Part shown: one piece after another, positions 51,867 through 61,225 of the stretch | Layout of the letters: every line of letters begins with the position of its first letter | How positions within the stretch are numbered: position 1 is the stretch's first letter | Virus record (IMG/VR): IMGVR_UViG_3300026493_000002 | Origin: a virus | Lineage: Duplodnaviria; Caudoviricetes | Length of the DNA: 64,000 nt | Strand: one strand, 5' to 3' | Notes under the pieces: model-generated | What the model was told of the DNA's origin: nothing | The model's database searches: none | Seen by the model: only the letters and a program-made list of their open reading frames with translations | Program-made: the position numbers and the translations under genes

Positions 51867-52703
51867 TCAGACCTTGGGCAACGTCACGCCCGTCTGGCCC
51901 TGGTACTTGCCCTTGCGATCACCGTACGATACTGCGCACGGATGGTCACCCTTGAAGAACATGAACTGCGCGATGCCTTCGTGCGCGTAGACCTTGGCCG
52001 GCAGGTTGGTGGCGTTGCTGATTTCGATGACGACGTTGCCCTCGAAGCCGGGTTCGATCGGCGTCACGTTGACGATACCGCCCGAGCGTGCATACGTGGA
52101 CTTGCCGAGGCAGACGACCATAATGTCGCGCGGGATGTGGAAGTACTCCTCGGTGCGGCCCAACAGGTAGCTGTTCGGCGGCATGATGACGAAACTCTCT
52201 CCGGTCTCCGGGTCGATAGATGCCTTCACGTCCACGAGGCACTTCGGATCGAGACGCTTCGGGTCGATCATGGCGCTGTTGATGTTGGAGAACACCTTGA
52301 ACTCTGGCGCCAGCGATACGTCGTAGCCGTACGAGGTCAGGCCGCGGCTGATGATCGACAGGGGATCCTGGGTGCGCGACTGCACTTCGACCGGACGACC
52401 GAAGAACTCCATGGACTGAACGCGCTCGGCGAATTGGATCTGCTTGATCTGGTCGGCCGAGAACGGCTCAATCATCGGAACGAACCGCTCCTCCTCCAGC
52501 AGCGTGCGAACACGGTAGCAGTTGAGGCGCATTGCCTCGAACAGGTCACCGACGTCCGCGAGTTCATCATCACCGATGAATTCCCGGTTCGCCGTAAAGG
52601 TACTGAGGTGTCGGAACTTCTGGACCTCGAAACGAATCGGGTCGAAGATTTCGGACTTCACGTCGCAGCGTTCGATGATCGAGGTGTCGCAGAGAATGCT
52701 CAT
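51867..52703 (-). CDS. dcd: dCTP deaminase
   Basis: [35 protein letters not shown]-like AHEG, KGKYQGQ. Confidence 0.97.
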   Translation of the reverse strand: MSILCDTSIIERCDVKSEIFDPIRFEVQKFRHLSTFTANREFIGDDELADVGDLFEAMRLNCYRVRTLLEEERFVPMIEPFSADQIKQIQFAERVQSMEFFGRPVEVQSRTQDPLSIISRGLTSYGYDVSLAPEFKVFSNINSAMIDPKRLDPKCLVDVKASIDPETGESFVIMPPNSYLLGRTEEYFHIPRDIMVVCLGKSTYARSGGIVNVTPIEPGFEGNVVIEISNATNLPAKVYAHEGIAQFMFFKGDHPCAVSYGDRKGKYQGQTGVTLPKV

Positions 52704-52726
52704 GTTGTAGGTATCCAGAGTGCCGA

Positions 52727-53137
52727 TCAGAACTTGCCGGCTATGTAGAGATTACGGATGCGCCAGAGTTCGATGACCTGACACACATTGCTTGTTGGTT
52801 GGCCGAACATATCGCTCAGACCTGAGGCACGTTTCAGCACCTTGAGTAGGTCGCGATTCTCCCGCATGTATTCATCCCACATGCGAGAGTAGAGCTTGGC
52901 GCACGACCTCGGATTGGTCAAACGCCAGCCTCCTCGTTGTAGCTCTTTCGCTTCGCGCCACGTGAGACCCGTGCGCACGCTCTCGCCGAATAGCACAGGC
53001 ACGGACGGGCGAAGGATCTTCTTGGCGTGATAGGCGTCCTCAATGCTGACGCCTTTGACCTTCGCATAGAACGGGGAGAATCGCGTATCGCCCTTGGTGC
53101 TGCACTCCAAGAACGGCGCACGACCCGCGGTCAACAC
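52727..53137 (-). CDS. Hypothetical protein, possibly divergent NADAR-like
   Basis: [45 protein letters not shown]. Confidence 0.45.
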   Translation of the reverse strand: MLTAGRAPFLECSTKGDTRFSPFYAKVKGVSIEDAYHAKKILRPSVPVLFGESVRTGLTWREAKELQRGGWRLTNPRSCAKLYSRMWDEYMRENRDLLKVLKRASGLSDMFGQPTSNVCQVIELWRIRNLYIAGKF

Positions 53138-53376
53138 GGGCTATGCACCCGCTGGAGAGGGCCGCAGAAGAACGGCACAGTGCGGCGGAAGCGTTCGGCC
53201 GATCCGCAGAAGTACCAGCGCTCACCGTCCCACTGGAGGAACATGTCCTCGCAGACGTACTCGGGATTGCGCTTGCAGTTGCGAACGATCTTCTGGCCAT
53301 CGTGTCCGATGATGGGCACACGGCACGCATAGACGCCGACCTCGACGGGCTTACCTGTTGCGTAACTCACAGTCAT
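53131..53376 (-). CDS. Hypothetical protein
   Basis: 81 aa from MTVSYA. Confidence 0.6.
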   Translation of the reverse strand: MTVSYATGKPVEVGVYACRVPIIGHDGQKIVRNCKRNPEYVCEDMFLQWDGERWYFCGSAERFRRTVPFFCGPLQRVHSPC

Positions 53377-53377
53377 T

Positions 53378-53863
53378 TTAGAACGTTCCGTAGATGGACC
53401 GGAGCTTTGCGTAGGCATCTGCGTAATCACCTTGGAAATGGATTGCGATCCCGCCCGCTGCTTCCCAAGCTCGGCACACGTCACCACGGTCATCCATGAT
53501 AACGTCACCCGGCTTGTGCATGAACAGGTGCTTGTTGATGCTGCCGTTCACGGGGAAGAACGGTATGTCGTCGTGTAGGTTGGACCGTGACCACACGCGC
53601 TTCTGGCCAGCCGCCTCATGGTAGTACGAACCGGGACAGCCCGTGAGAACTGCGGGGTTCAGCACACGAACCTTGCCGAAGAACTCCAACGCACCGTCCA
53701 TGGGCAGCAGACTGGAGAAGAAGCTGCCGTGCGACTTCACCAGTTCCCACTTACGTTCCCGTGTCACTTCCCACGGATAGACTCCGAAGAAGAGCTTGAA
53801 GCCTCCATCGAAGTCGGCGAACGTCTGATCGAGGTCCAGGTAGAGGTAGGGATCAGCCTTCAT
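53378..53863 (-). CDS. HAD-family 5'(3')-deoxyribonucleotidase-like phosphatase
   Basis: YLDLDQTFADF (DxD), VLTG, QKRVW, IMDDR, WEAAGGIAI; start MKADPY. Confidence 0.85.
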   Translation of the reverse strand: MKADPYLYLDLDQTFADFDGGFKLFFGVYPWEVTRERKWELVKSHGSFFSSLLPMDGALEFFGKVRVLNPAVLTGCPGSYYHEAAGQKRVWSRSNLHDDIPFFPVNGSINKHLFMHKPGDVIMDDRGDVCRAWEAAGGIAIHFQGDYADAYAKLRSIYGTF

Positions 53864-54239
53864 GCTCGGTGTCCAGCAAAGGCAGGACCTTGAAACGCAG
53901 CAGGTCGGCATTGGCGAATCGCTTCGGCGCATCGGCGAGACTGTGCGTCCACGTGCGCAGGCGCTCGGGCTTGGCTGCGATGGCCTCACGCAGGTAATCG
54001 AAGTCGATCAGCCCGGAGTGTGCGGCCTCGTCCAGCAGCAACAGGACGTCTGCAACCTCGATGGCGAACTGCTTTCGTGCCGAGCGCTCGCCGTTGGTGG
54101 GAGTGAATCCCTGACCACAGCGTTGTAGCTTGGACGCCGCCTGCCCAAGCTCGCAGCACTCTTCCCGCAGGATATCCGCGACCTCGTCCTGGTAGTCGTT
54201 CAGCGGATCGACCTTGGCCACTCCGCTTCGACCGATCAT
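53853..54239 (-). CDS. MazG-like nucleotide pyrophosphohydrolase
   Basis: REECCELGQAASK...IEVADV (EExxE...ExxD). Confidence 0.8.
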   Translation of the reverse strand: MIGRSGVAKVDPLNDYQDEVADILREECCELGQAASKLQRCGQGFTPTNGERSARKQFAIEVADVLLLLDEAAHSGLIDFDYLREAIAAKPERLRTWTHSLADAPKRFANADLLRFKVLPLLDTEHEG

Positions 54240-54271
54240 GTTCTTGTCGAACGTCAAGTTCCTTCTCCTAG

Positions 54272-54625
54272 TCAGTGATGATGATTGATGCCGAGGCCCA
54301 GCCAGTCGGCGATCTGCACGAACGGCGTGACCTTGGTCCACAGCGCGTGTTCAATCGGGAAGGACAGCGTCAGGCCGAGGAAGAACTGCCACGTGAACAG
54401 CGAACGGCACTTGTGGTAGCAGCGATGCAGGAACCCGTTGTCGTCACGATGCACATGGGAGTGCGTAGCCTCGGACGGCACGTATGCGTCACGGGCAGTC
54501 GGGGGCATGGCGGGCACAGGACCCGATTGCGTCATCACCATGATGCGGCCCATACCGAAGTCGGCGTGTTCAAGCCACGTATCACCCGGCTGAGGATTCT
54601 CCGGCTTGGTTGCAAGGATGTTCAT
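54272..54625 (-). CDS. Small His-rich membrane-associated protein
   Basis: HSHVH...HRCYH followed by hydrophobic FTWQFFLGLTLSFPI. Confidence 0.6.
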   Translation of the reverse strand: MNILATKPENPQPGDTWLEHADFGMGRIMVMTQSGPVPAMPPTARDAYVPSEATHSHVHRDDNGFLHRCYHKCRSLFTWQFFLGLTLSFPIEHALWTKVTPFVQIADWLGLGINHHH

Positions 54626-54894
54626 TTCACCACCGTCAGGGTTGGGCCGGCTCTGTTGACCCACACCTCTTCGTAGATGATGGAGTCTTTGATCGCGGCG
54701 AATAGGTGTTTGTGCATCGGTTGGCTGTTGGTGCTAATGACCGTGCCACCTTCGATGATGTAGATGTGGAACGTGCGAGGCCCAAGCTTCTGGGCCTTTC
54801 GCTTCTTTTCCTTCAAGGCCTTGAACTGCGCGAGACTCATACCCACATAGGTGTGAACCATATGGATAGCTCCGAGGTTCGCCATCAGCGGCAA
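54622..54894 (-). CDS. Hypothetical protein
   Basis: 90 aa, coupled; start uncertain. Confidence 0.55.
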   Translation of the reverse strand: MPLMANLGAIHMVHTYVGMSLAQFKALKEKKRKAQKLGPRTFHIYIIEGGTVISTNSQPMHKHLFAAIKDSIIYEEVWVNRAGPTLTVVK

Positions 54895-55577
54895 TCCTCA
54901 GGCGGCGGCAAGAGTGCGATCATTGGCGCAGCGATGGGCTTGATGCGTTCGTTCATCCAGTCGAACAGCACCAACTGGTTTTCAATCGGCATGTTGCCTT
55001 CGTGCTGAATCGTCTGGGTGACGTTGCGCCTGGTGAATGAGTCGCGCAGCGTATCTTCCATGTAGACAACCGTAGCGCGGCCGTGATCGGGCACCGTCTT
55101 GATGTGGAAGGACGACAGCGCGTTGCGGCCTTCAACGTCACTCTGGCGATAGACCGCGTAGCAATCGTAGCCCTCACACTCGCCGAGCGGGTGGGCTATC
55201 ACACGATCATCGCCGGACACCGATGCCGACACGTACATGAACCTGCGACTCTCGTCCGAAGTGATTGCGTTCTTGCGGGCCTGCAGGTTGCGGCCTACGC
55301 TAAACGTGACCTTTATCTCGGACAGGAATTCTTCGATGGTCTTGCTCTCGTAACGCAGCAGCGCCGTCGAGACTTCTTCGACACGCTCCCTGTTCAGGTG
55401 GTCAAACTTCCCGGTCTTCGCCTTACGCTCGAACAGGGTGTAGCGATGGTGATTCGGCACCTCGTTGAATTCGTAGATGCTGCCACGGCAGGGGCCAACG
55501 ACGAGGACTGCGATGCGATTGTTCACGTTTCCACTCCTAAGGAGGATTGTTGCGGTTGGTACTACTTGCGAAGCCAC
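54885..55577 (-). CDS. Hypothetical protein
   Basis: 230 aa; start may be the GTG near 55527 after GGAG. Confidence 0.65.
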   Translation of the reverse strand: MASQVVPTATILLRSGNVNNRIAVLVVGPCRGSIYEFNEVPNHHRYTLFERKAKTGKFDHLNRERVEEVSTALLRYESKTIEEFLSEIKVTFSVGRNLQARKNAITSDESRRFMYVSASVSGDDRVIAHPLGECEGYDCYAVYRQSDVEGRNALSSFHIKTVPDHGRATVVYMEDTLRDSFTRRNVTQTIQHEGNMPIENQLVLFDWMNERIKPIAAPMIALLPPPEDCR

Positions 55578-55816
55578 GCCAGCAAACGTTGCCAGACAGA
55601 TGGCACGTTCGACTCGGCGAGAGTTGTGACCATTTTGACCGTCTCGACCTTCGTGTCATGGCTCATGCGAGCAATCTCTTCGGGTGAGAACGGCCTGTTG
55701 AAAGGATCCGACAGGCGCTCCATGGTGGTTGCGCTGAATCCCTTTCGGATGCGGCCCACGCGCTTGCGACTCGTGGACCCGAGACCCGGACCGTTTTTAG
55801 CCATCGTCCTGCTCAC
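55562..55816 (-). CDS. Hypothetical basic protein
   Basis: 84 aa. Confidence 0.55.
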   Translation of the reverse strand: MSRTMAKNGPGLGSTSRKRVGRIRKGFSATTMERLSDPFNRPFSPEEIARMSHDTKVETVKMVTTLAESNVPSVWQRLLAWLRK

Positions 55817-56360
55817 TGTTCTTTACAGCGTTGGCCGAGCGCTGCTCGATGAATGCCGACAGGCGCTCCACGAGGCTGTCACGAACCTCCAGGGTATTCT
55901 CCTGACCGTGGCGCACTACGGACTGGATGATTTCCAGGACCTCAGCACGGAGCTTCTCTCCCTTGGTGAGAGTGCGCTCGCGTGCAAGGGCTACGCCGTC
56001 TTCGGTCAGGTCACTCTGCTGCCAGCCGAAGGCATTGAACAGGCCGACGAGGTAGGGATCGAGGACGCGACGAATCTCCATGCCGTATTCGAGGATCGTG
56101 GCGCCGTCCCTTAGTGGGAACTCAAAGCGGTCCATCATGATCTTCCGATAGTCCATGAAGATGCCGAGATTCACCATGACGACGCCGCACTCGATCACGG
56201 ACGGAGGATTGATTTCCTCGTCGCAACGCGAGAAGTATTGGCGGCTCTCGGCGTGGAACAACTCCGGATGAATGGTTGCCGTCACGTAGAACGAATTGGC
56301 CCGGGTCTTGAGGACTTCAACGTCCGCTTCGGCGAGGTACTTGAATTCCTGTTGCGTCAC
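55797..56360 (-). CDS. Hypothetical protein
   Basis: 187 aa, coupled to the sbcC stop. Confidence 0.7.
   Translation of the reverse strand: MTQQEFKYLAEADVEVLKTRANSFYVTATIHPELFHAESRQYFSRCDEEINPPSVIECGVVMVNLGIFMDYRKIMMDRFEFPLRDGATILEYGMEIRRVLDPYLVGLFNAFGWQQSDLTEDGVALARERTLTKGEKLRAEVLEIIQSVVRHGQENTLEVRDSLVERLSAFIEQRSANAVKNSEQDDG
55821..55828 (-). promoter_or_regulatory. Putative middle promoter motif CTGTAAAG
   Basis: Just upstream of the 84-aa gene, inside the end of the preceding ORF. Confidence 0.35.
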
Positions 56361-58807
56361 TTCTTTCTCCTTGCCTTGGCACTCTTACGTGCCTTCTTGA
56401 CCAGCTTGGTCACGTCGATGGATACGGCGTTGTCCATTCCGTCGAACAACACGCGCGACTTGCCGCTCTCCTTGCGAACGGTCCACAGATTGCTGCCCTC
56501 ACAGTAGTCCGATTCGTGAGGCGTGATGACGTAGATGTTGGGCACAATCTCCGACAGGGCCGGCAGGAAGACCTGCAGGAACTTGGTGCGGGAGATAGAG
56601 TCCATGTGTGCGCACGGTTCATCCAGCGTGAGCATGTTGACGCGCTTGTCATCAGGCAGCAGCGGCAACAGGGAGAACACGAACAGCAGACGGAATGCGT
56701 TCGACTCGGCACCCGAAAGGTTGCGCACGTCGCTCGGTGGATGACCGTTGCTGCGATCAACCATGATCGACAAGCCCTTGTCACCAGCGATCACGCCGAA
56801 GACGAAAGGCTCGTTGAAGATCAGGTTGGAGTAGGCATTGAGGTTCTGTTCCAGCAGCGCGCAAATCTCGTTCGCCACTACCGTCTTGATGCCCTTGCTG
56901 CTGTATGCCTTCGACAACGCACTCAGCAACTTCTTGTCCTCAACCAGTGGGCGTGCCTCTTCGATCTTGGCCGAGACGCGCTTCACCTCCTTTTGGTACA
57001 CCTCAATCTCGCGGTCTGCTGAGGAGGCGTTGTCCAGCGACTGCACGATTTCCGAGAGTTCGGCCTTGGATCGTTTGATCGACTTGCCGAGGCGCAACAG
57101 ACGCTCTTCGGTTTCGGTGATCTGGCCACGAACGAGGTTGACCGTACGCAGGCCACTCAGGCGGTCGTTGTTCTCGATCAGCTTGTCGCGGGATGCCAGG
57201 TGCTTGATGATATCCTCGCACAACTCAATGGCAGTATCGAGTTCGTCCATGGTCATATCGGCCGTGGGCTTCTCTTCGGGTGCCTTGGGCTTCTTCACGT
57301 CTGCCAGCATTCGGCTGTACAGGTCGTGCTTCTCCCACACCTTCAACTGCTTCTTGATCGTTTCGATTGCCGGCCCAGCAGCGGAGATACGCTTGCGCAG
57401 CTTGTCTTCGGAGTCCTCGTCGAATTCCGAATTCTTGAAGGCCGTGTTCGCCTCTTCGTACTTGGTCCACATGGACTGCGCACGCTTGGCGTTCTCCAGC
57501 TTCGGCAGCTTCTTCTTCGCATCGTTGACCAACGTGCGAATGTTGTCCACGTCGACAGGACTGAGGCACGTAGGGCATGTGCCTTCGTCGTCGTGATCGT
57601 GGTCCAGCAGCTTCTTCAAGCCGAGCGTCGTGCGGCACTTGGCAATGTCCTCGTCGTAGTTGGCCTTGAGGTCAGGCTTGTTCTTCGGGCCGAAGCCGAG
57701 TTCCTTGAGGTCGGAAGCCAGTTCGTCGCGCTTGTCGCGCAGACGCTCATGCTCGCGCCTCTTGTTCTTGAGTTCACGCAGCTGGTCCTGCAATTCTTCC
57801 AGTGCGGTCTCTGCTGCTGCCAGTCGCTTGGTGAGCTTCTTGGCTGAGAGGTCCGGAAGCTCCAAGGCGTCGAGCTTGGCCTGAGTCTCCTTGACGGTCC
57901 GAGCATAGTCTGACAGTCGTTCCTCGTAGGCATCCCACTCGCGCGTAGCACGGCGCTGGCTCTTGAGATACCTGCGATACTCCTCAGGCTTCTTCTTCAC
58001 CTTGTAGCTTTCGCGCAGCGCGTCCAGTTCCTCTTCGACCGATATCAGGGTCGTGAGGTCGCGCAGGTAACTCTTGGTGCTGTACTCCTCTTTGACCAAC
58101 TTCTCGATTGTTTCGTCGAGTCCCTTCTTCTTGGTCTTGAGGCCATCAACGTCGATGCCTTCGGCGACACGGCTCTTCGCATTCTTGAGACGCTTACGGG
58201 CCTCAATGTAGTCACGCTCCAGCATCTGCAACTGGAGCTCGCCGTCACGCACTTCACCCAGCTTGTTCAGGAAGAACCGCTGAATGCCGTCGTAGCTGTC
58301 GAGGTCGAAGATTTTGCTCAGGTGTTCCAGACGATCAACGTCGGAACTGGACTGCATCAGGAACGGCTTCTGCGTGGAGACGTAGCTCGTCGTGTAGTAG
58401 ACCAGTTCCGACATTGGAAACAGCTTCTGGCGGATGAACTTCTCCGCCAGGGGTGTCGTGCGAATGCCCATGTCCAGACCGTCGCATTCGATGGTGTACT
58501 TCGATGCGGTCTGTTTGATCTGATAGCTCTTGCCATCACGGCCCTTGATGCGGACCGTGATGCTGCTGCCCTTGCCGAGCAGTTCCTTCTTCGCCTTCTT
58601 CTTGATTGCCAAGGGAGGGGTGAAGTAGAAGACGTTTGCCGGGCAACTGAACAGGAGGGATTTACCCGCTCCGTTGCCAGACGGATTGGCGGGGTCCGAG
58701 TCCATGTTGAGGCCACGAACGAACGTGATGCGGTTCTTGTTGAAGTCTACCGCCTGCTCCTTGAAGCATACCACGTTTTCGAGGGAAAGACCCTGTAGCT
58801 CAATCAT
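56357..58807 (-). CDS. sbcC: SbcC/Rad50/gp46-like SMC ATPase
   Basis: GNGAGKS, coiled coils with CPTC zinc hook, LSGAE signature, LDEP Walker B, ITPH. Confidence 0.95.
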   Translation of the reverse strand: MIELQGLSLENVVCFKEQAVDFNKNRITFVRGLNMDSDPANPSGNGAGKSLLFSCPANVFYFTPPLAIKKKAKKELLGKGSSITVRIKGRDGKSYQIKQTASKYTIECDGLDMGIRTTPLAEKFIRQKLFPMSELVYYTTSYVSTQKPFLMQSSSDVDRLEHLSKIFDLDSYDGIQRFFLNKLGEVRDGELQLQMLERDYIEARKRLKNAKSRVAEGIDVDGLKTKKKGLDETIEKLVKEEYSTKSYLRDLTTLISVEEELDALRESYKVKKKPEEYRRYLKSQRRATREWDAYEERLSDYARTVKETQAKLDALELPDLSAKKLTKRLAAAETALEELQDQLRELKNKRREHERLRDKRDELASDLKELGFGPKNKPDLKANYDEDIAKCRTTLGLKKLLDHDHDDEGTCPTCLSPVDVDNIRTLVNDAKKKLPKLENAKRAQSMWTKYEEANTAFKNSEFDEDSEDKLRKRISAAGPAIETIKKQLKVWEKHDLYSRMLADVKKPKAPEEKPTADMTMDELDTAIELCEDIIKHLASRDKLIENNDRLSGLRTVNLVRGQITETEERLLRLGKSIKRSKAELSEIVQSLDNASSADREIEVYQKEVKRVSAKIEEARPLVEDKKLLSALSKAYSSKGIKTVVANEICALLEQNLNAYSNLIFNEPFVFGVIAGDKGLSIMVDRSNGHPPSDVRNLSGAESNAFRLLFVFSLLPLLPDDKRVNMLTLDEPCAHMDSISRTKFLQVFLPALSEIVPNIYVITPHESDYCEGSNLWTVRKESGKSRVLFDGMDNAVSIDVTKLVKKARKSAKARRKK

Positions 58808-58843
58808 AACAATCTCTGATAGGGGAACTGCGATATGGAACGG

Positions 58844-59101
58844 TTACTGCTTGGCGACAAGGGCCATGACGGCGTCGTGCACTTCCTGCGGAGTGGCGGG
58901 CACAAGATCCCATTCGTCCACGCCGATGGTCCATCCCGTGTCACCGAGACGACGCATCTGGCCCTTCTGATAGGGAGACGGCAGCTTGACGTTATGAACG
59001 AACACCACGTCGCCGACCTTGCCCGGATCTTTCCAGCCGTCGCCGGCCGTATGGCGAGTGGCCTTGAAGATGGCCGTCTCGGACAGACTCACTTCGGACA
59101 T
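58844..59101 (-). CDS. Hypothetical protein
   Basis: 85 aa from MSEVSL. Confidence 0.6.
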   Translation of the reverse strand: MSEVSLSETAIFKATRHTAGDGWKDPGKVGDVVFVHNVKLPSPYQKGQMRRLGDTGWTIGVDEWDLVPATPQEVHDAVMALVAKQ

Positions 59102-59103
59102 GG

Positions 59104-60729
59104 TCAGCTTTCCTTGCTCTTGGGAAGGGAGTGCGCACGGTCCACCAGCCAGCGACCAACGCGTGCAGTGAACAGCACGTTCTCGTCGATGCTCACCGAG
59201 TTCAGCTGGACCTCGACGGTGCACAGCAGGTCCTGCACTTCGAGGATCGGCGACAGACGCGGCTTGAGGCCGGACGACTTGATCAGGCCGGCGAACTCAC
59301 GCCAGCTGTAGGTCTGGAAGAACTTCTGACCCACCGACTGTTGCACGATCATCTGTGCGAGGAAGCGGGTCTTGCTCAACAGACCACGAACGTTGCCGCC
59401 GGTCAGGATCGCACCGATGGCCTTCTTCGCATCGCCCTCCAGCAGCGCGTGCAGCAACTCGGCCGCCTTCTTGTCCAAGTCCGCTTCGGCAGAGCGAGCG
59501 AAGTTGGCGATCAGCTTCTTCGGCGAAATCTCGTCACCGGATGCGAGTGCGAACAGCACGCTCTCCAGCGACTGGATGCTGTCACGCATACGGCCGTTGG
59601 AGATATTGGCAATCGCCGACAGGACTTCCTTGCCACCGTCCATTTCCTTGAAGTCCACGCCCTCACGCTTGGCGATGATGCGCAGGCGCTTGATGATGGC
59701 TTCTTCGGGGATCGGCTTGATGTGCAGCTTGAGGCAGCGGCCGATGATGGTCGCCGGCATCTTCTCAGGGTTCGTGGTACAGATGATCCACACGGTGTGT
59801 GCCGGCGGTTCTTCCAGCGGCTTGAGGAATGCCTGGAATGCCTGCGGCGTGCAGTTCGACACCAGCACCGGCTCGTAGTAGCCGACCGGCAGTACGAAGT
59901 AGTTGTGGTTGGTCTCAACCGTGAGGTCGTACACCACCTGCTGGACTTCGCCGATAGACTCGACACGATCCACGTACAGGTGAATGCCATTCTTCGACTG
60001 GAGCTTGTCGCCCTTCTCGAAGTCGATGGCTGCAACCATCTGGCCGTGCGTCAGGCTCATGATCTTGTGATCGGCCGTACATTCGATGTACGACTCGGCG
60101 CTGTCACGGATGTAGACGCGCACCATGTTGTAAGCCTGCAGCGGCTTCGGCAGCACGTGGGTGACGGCCTGCACCTCATTCGCGGCCGGGATATGGTTGT
60201 CACCATCGACCTGCGCACGATGCGACAGAACGCGGTCGCCGACCTTGATGTTCTCGATGTACGTGTAGGTGCCGTCTTCCATCAGCACCTTGGTGCCGGC
60301 CGGGAAACAGGCGTGCATTTCGTCGAGGATGAACACACGCTTCTTGCCGAGAGTCGGCATGGAACGCGAGGCCTGAATGAGACTGCGCACGTCGTCGATA
60401 CCACGCGCTTCCGCCATGTTGATTTCATGGACGTCAGGGTGGTTCGTCTCGTAGCCGCACGACGCACACTCACCGCAGGGATTGCCCGACTTGTCAGGCT
60501 TCATGCAGTTGATGTAGCGCGCGATGATACGGCCGCTCGTGGTCTTGCCACCGCCGCTCTCACCGAACAGACCGACGGTGGTCGGGAATCGGTCGAGCTT
60601 GACCATGCCACGGACCTGCGTAGCAACGGCTTCCTGGCCAACAAGGTCGTCGATCAGGATCGGACGGTACTTGACTGCCAGCGACTGCGAACTGGTAGCC
60701 TTCTTTTTCTTCTTCGGTTTTTCGGACAT
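59104..60729 (-). CDS. dnaX: Clamp loader large subunit (DNA polymerase III gamma/tau) with intein
   Basis: KYRP...DDLVGQ, GESGGGKT, CxxC..PCGEC.SC, EINMAEARGIDDVR, FILDE, LEEPP, GRC, GRMRD. Confidence 0.95.
   Translation of the reverse strand: MSEKPKKKKKATSSQSLAVKYRPILIDDLVGQEAVATQVRGMVKLDRFPTTVGLFGESGGGKTTSGRIIARYINCMKPDKSGNPCGECASCGYETNHPDVHEINMAEARGIDDVRSLIQASRSMPTLGKKRVFILDEMHACFPAGTKVLMEDGTYTYIENIKVGDRVLSHRAQVDGDNHIPAANEVQAVTHVLPKPLQAYNMVRVYIRDSAESYIECTADHKIMSLTHGQMVAAIDFEKGDKLQSKNGIHLYVDRVESIGEVQQVVYDLTVETNHNYFVLPVGYYEPVLVSNCTPQAFQAFLKPLEEPPAHTVWIICTTNPEKMPATIIGRCLKLHIKPIPEEAIIKRLRIIAKREGVDFKEMDGGKEVLSAIANISNGRMRDSIQSLESVLFALASGDEISPKKLIANFARSAEADLDKKAAELLHALLEGDAKKAIGAILTGGNVRGLLSKTRFLAQMIVQQSVGQKFFQTYSWREFAGLIKSSGLKPRLSPILEVQDLLCTVEVQLNSVSIDENVLFTARVGRWLVDRAHSLPKSKES
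59854..60309 (-). mobile_element. Mini-intein (152 aa, no homing endonuclease)
   Basis: Block A CFPAGTKV, block B TADH, block F VYDLTV..NHNY, terminal SN followed by Cys; removal restores DEMHA-CTPQAF. Confidence 0.93.
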
Positions 60730-60765
60730 TGAAAGTCTCCTGAGAGCCGTATGCTTGATACGACT

Positions 60766-60773
60766 CTTTACAG
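60766..60773 (-). promoter_or_regulatory. Putative middle promoter motif CTGTAAAG
   Basis: Intergenic, 37 nt upstream of dnaX. Confidence 0.55.
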
Positions 60774-60786
60774 CATTGGGATTGGC

Positions 60787-61218
60787 TCAGCGAACGAACG
60801 TGAGGAGAACATCCTCGAGGGCGGCCTTGATCTTCTTCTGCACCAGCATCATCGAAGGCGTGACCGCACCCTCGATATTCCCCAGCGTGAAGGTGTAGTT
60901 CTGCGGCAGCATGGTCTTCATTTCATCGGACCAGCGGTACTGCATCGCATTCAACGCGAGGCGGGTCGGAGTGGTCAGACGATCAACCACCACGTCAGTG
61001 ACGATCAGCTGGAATGCACCCAGGCCGTTCGGCAAGTTCTCGATCACGTCGAACGGCACCAGGATCTCGAACTCGTCCACACCCTCGAAGTTGGGATCGA
61101 ATGCGGTGCTGACGTGCGCGCCCAGTTCGTCGGCGATCACGTCTGCGGCGTCTTCATCAATGCCGAACGACACCATGCCGTTTTCGTCCACATCGGCTTT
61201 CAATGCTGCGTGTTCCAT
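60787..61218 (-). CDS. Hypothetical acidic protein
   Basis: 143 aa after GAGG. Confidence 0.7.
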   Translation of the reverse strand: MEHAALKADVDENGMVSFGIDEDAADVIADELGAHVSTAFDPNFEGVDEFEILVPFDVIENLPNGLGAFQLIVTDVVVDRLTTPTRLALNAMQYRWSDEMKTMLPQNYTFTLGNIEGAVTPSMMLVQKKIKAALEDVLLTFVR

Positions 61219-61225
61219 GTTGACC

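Noticed and set aside
52479-52664. Intein in dcd
   Set aside because: No block A/B/F/G motifs or terminal Asn
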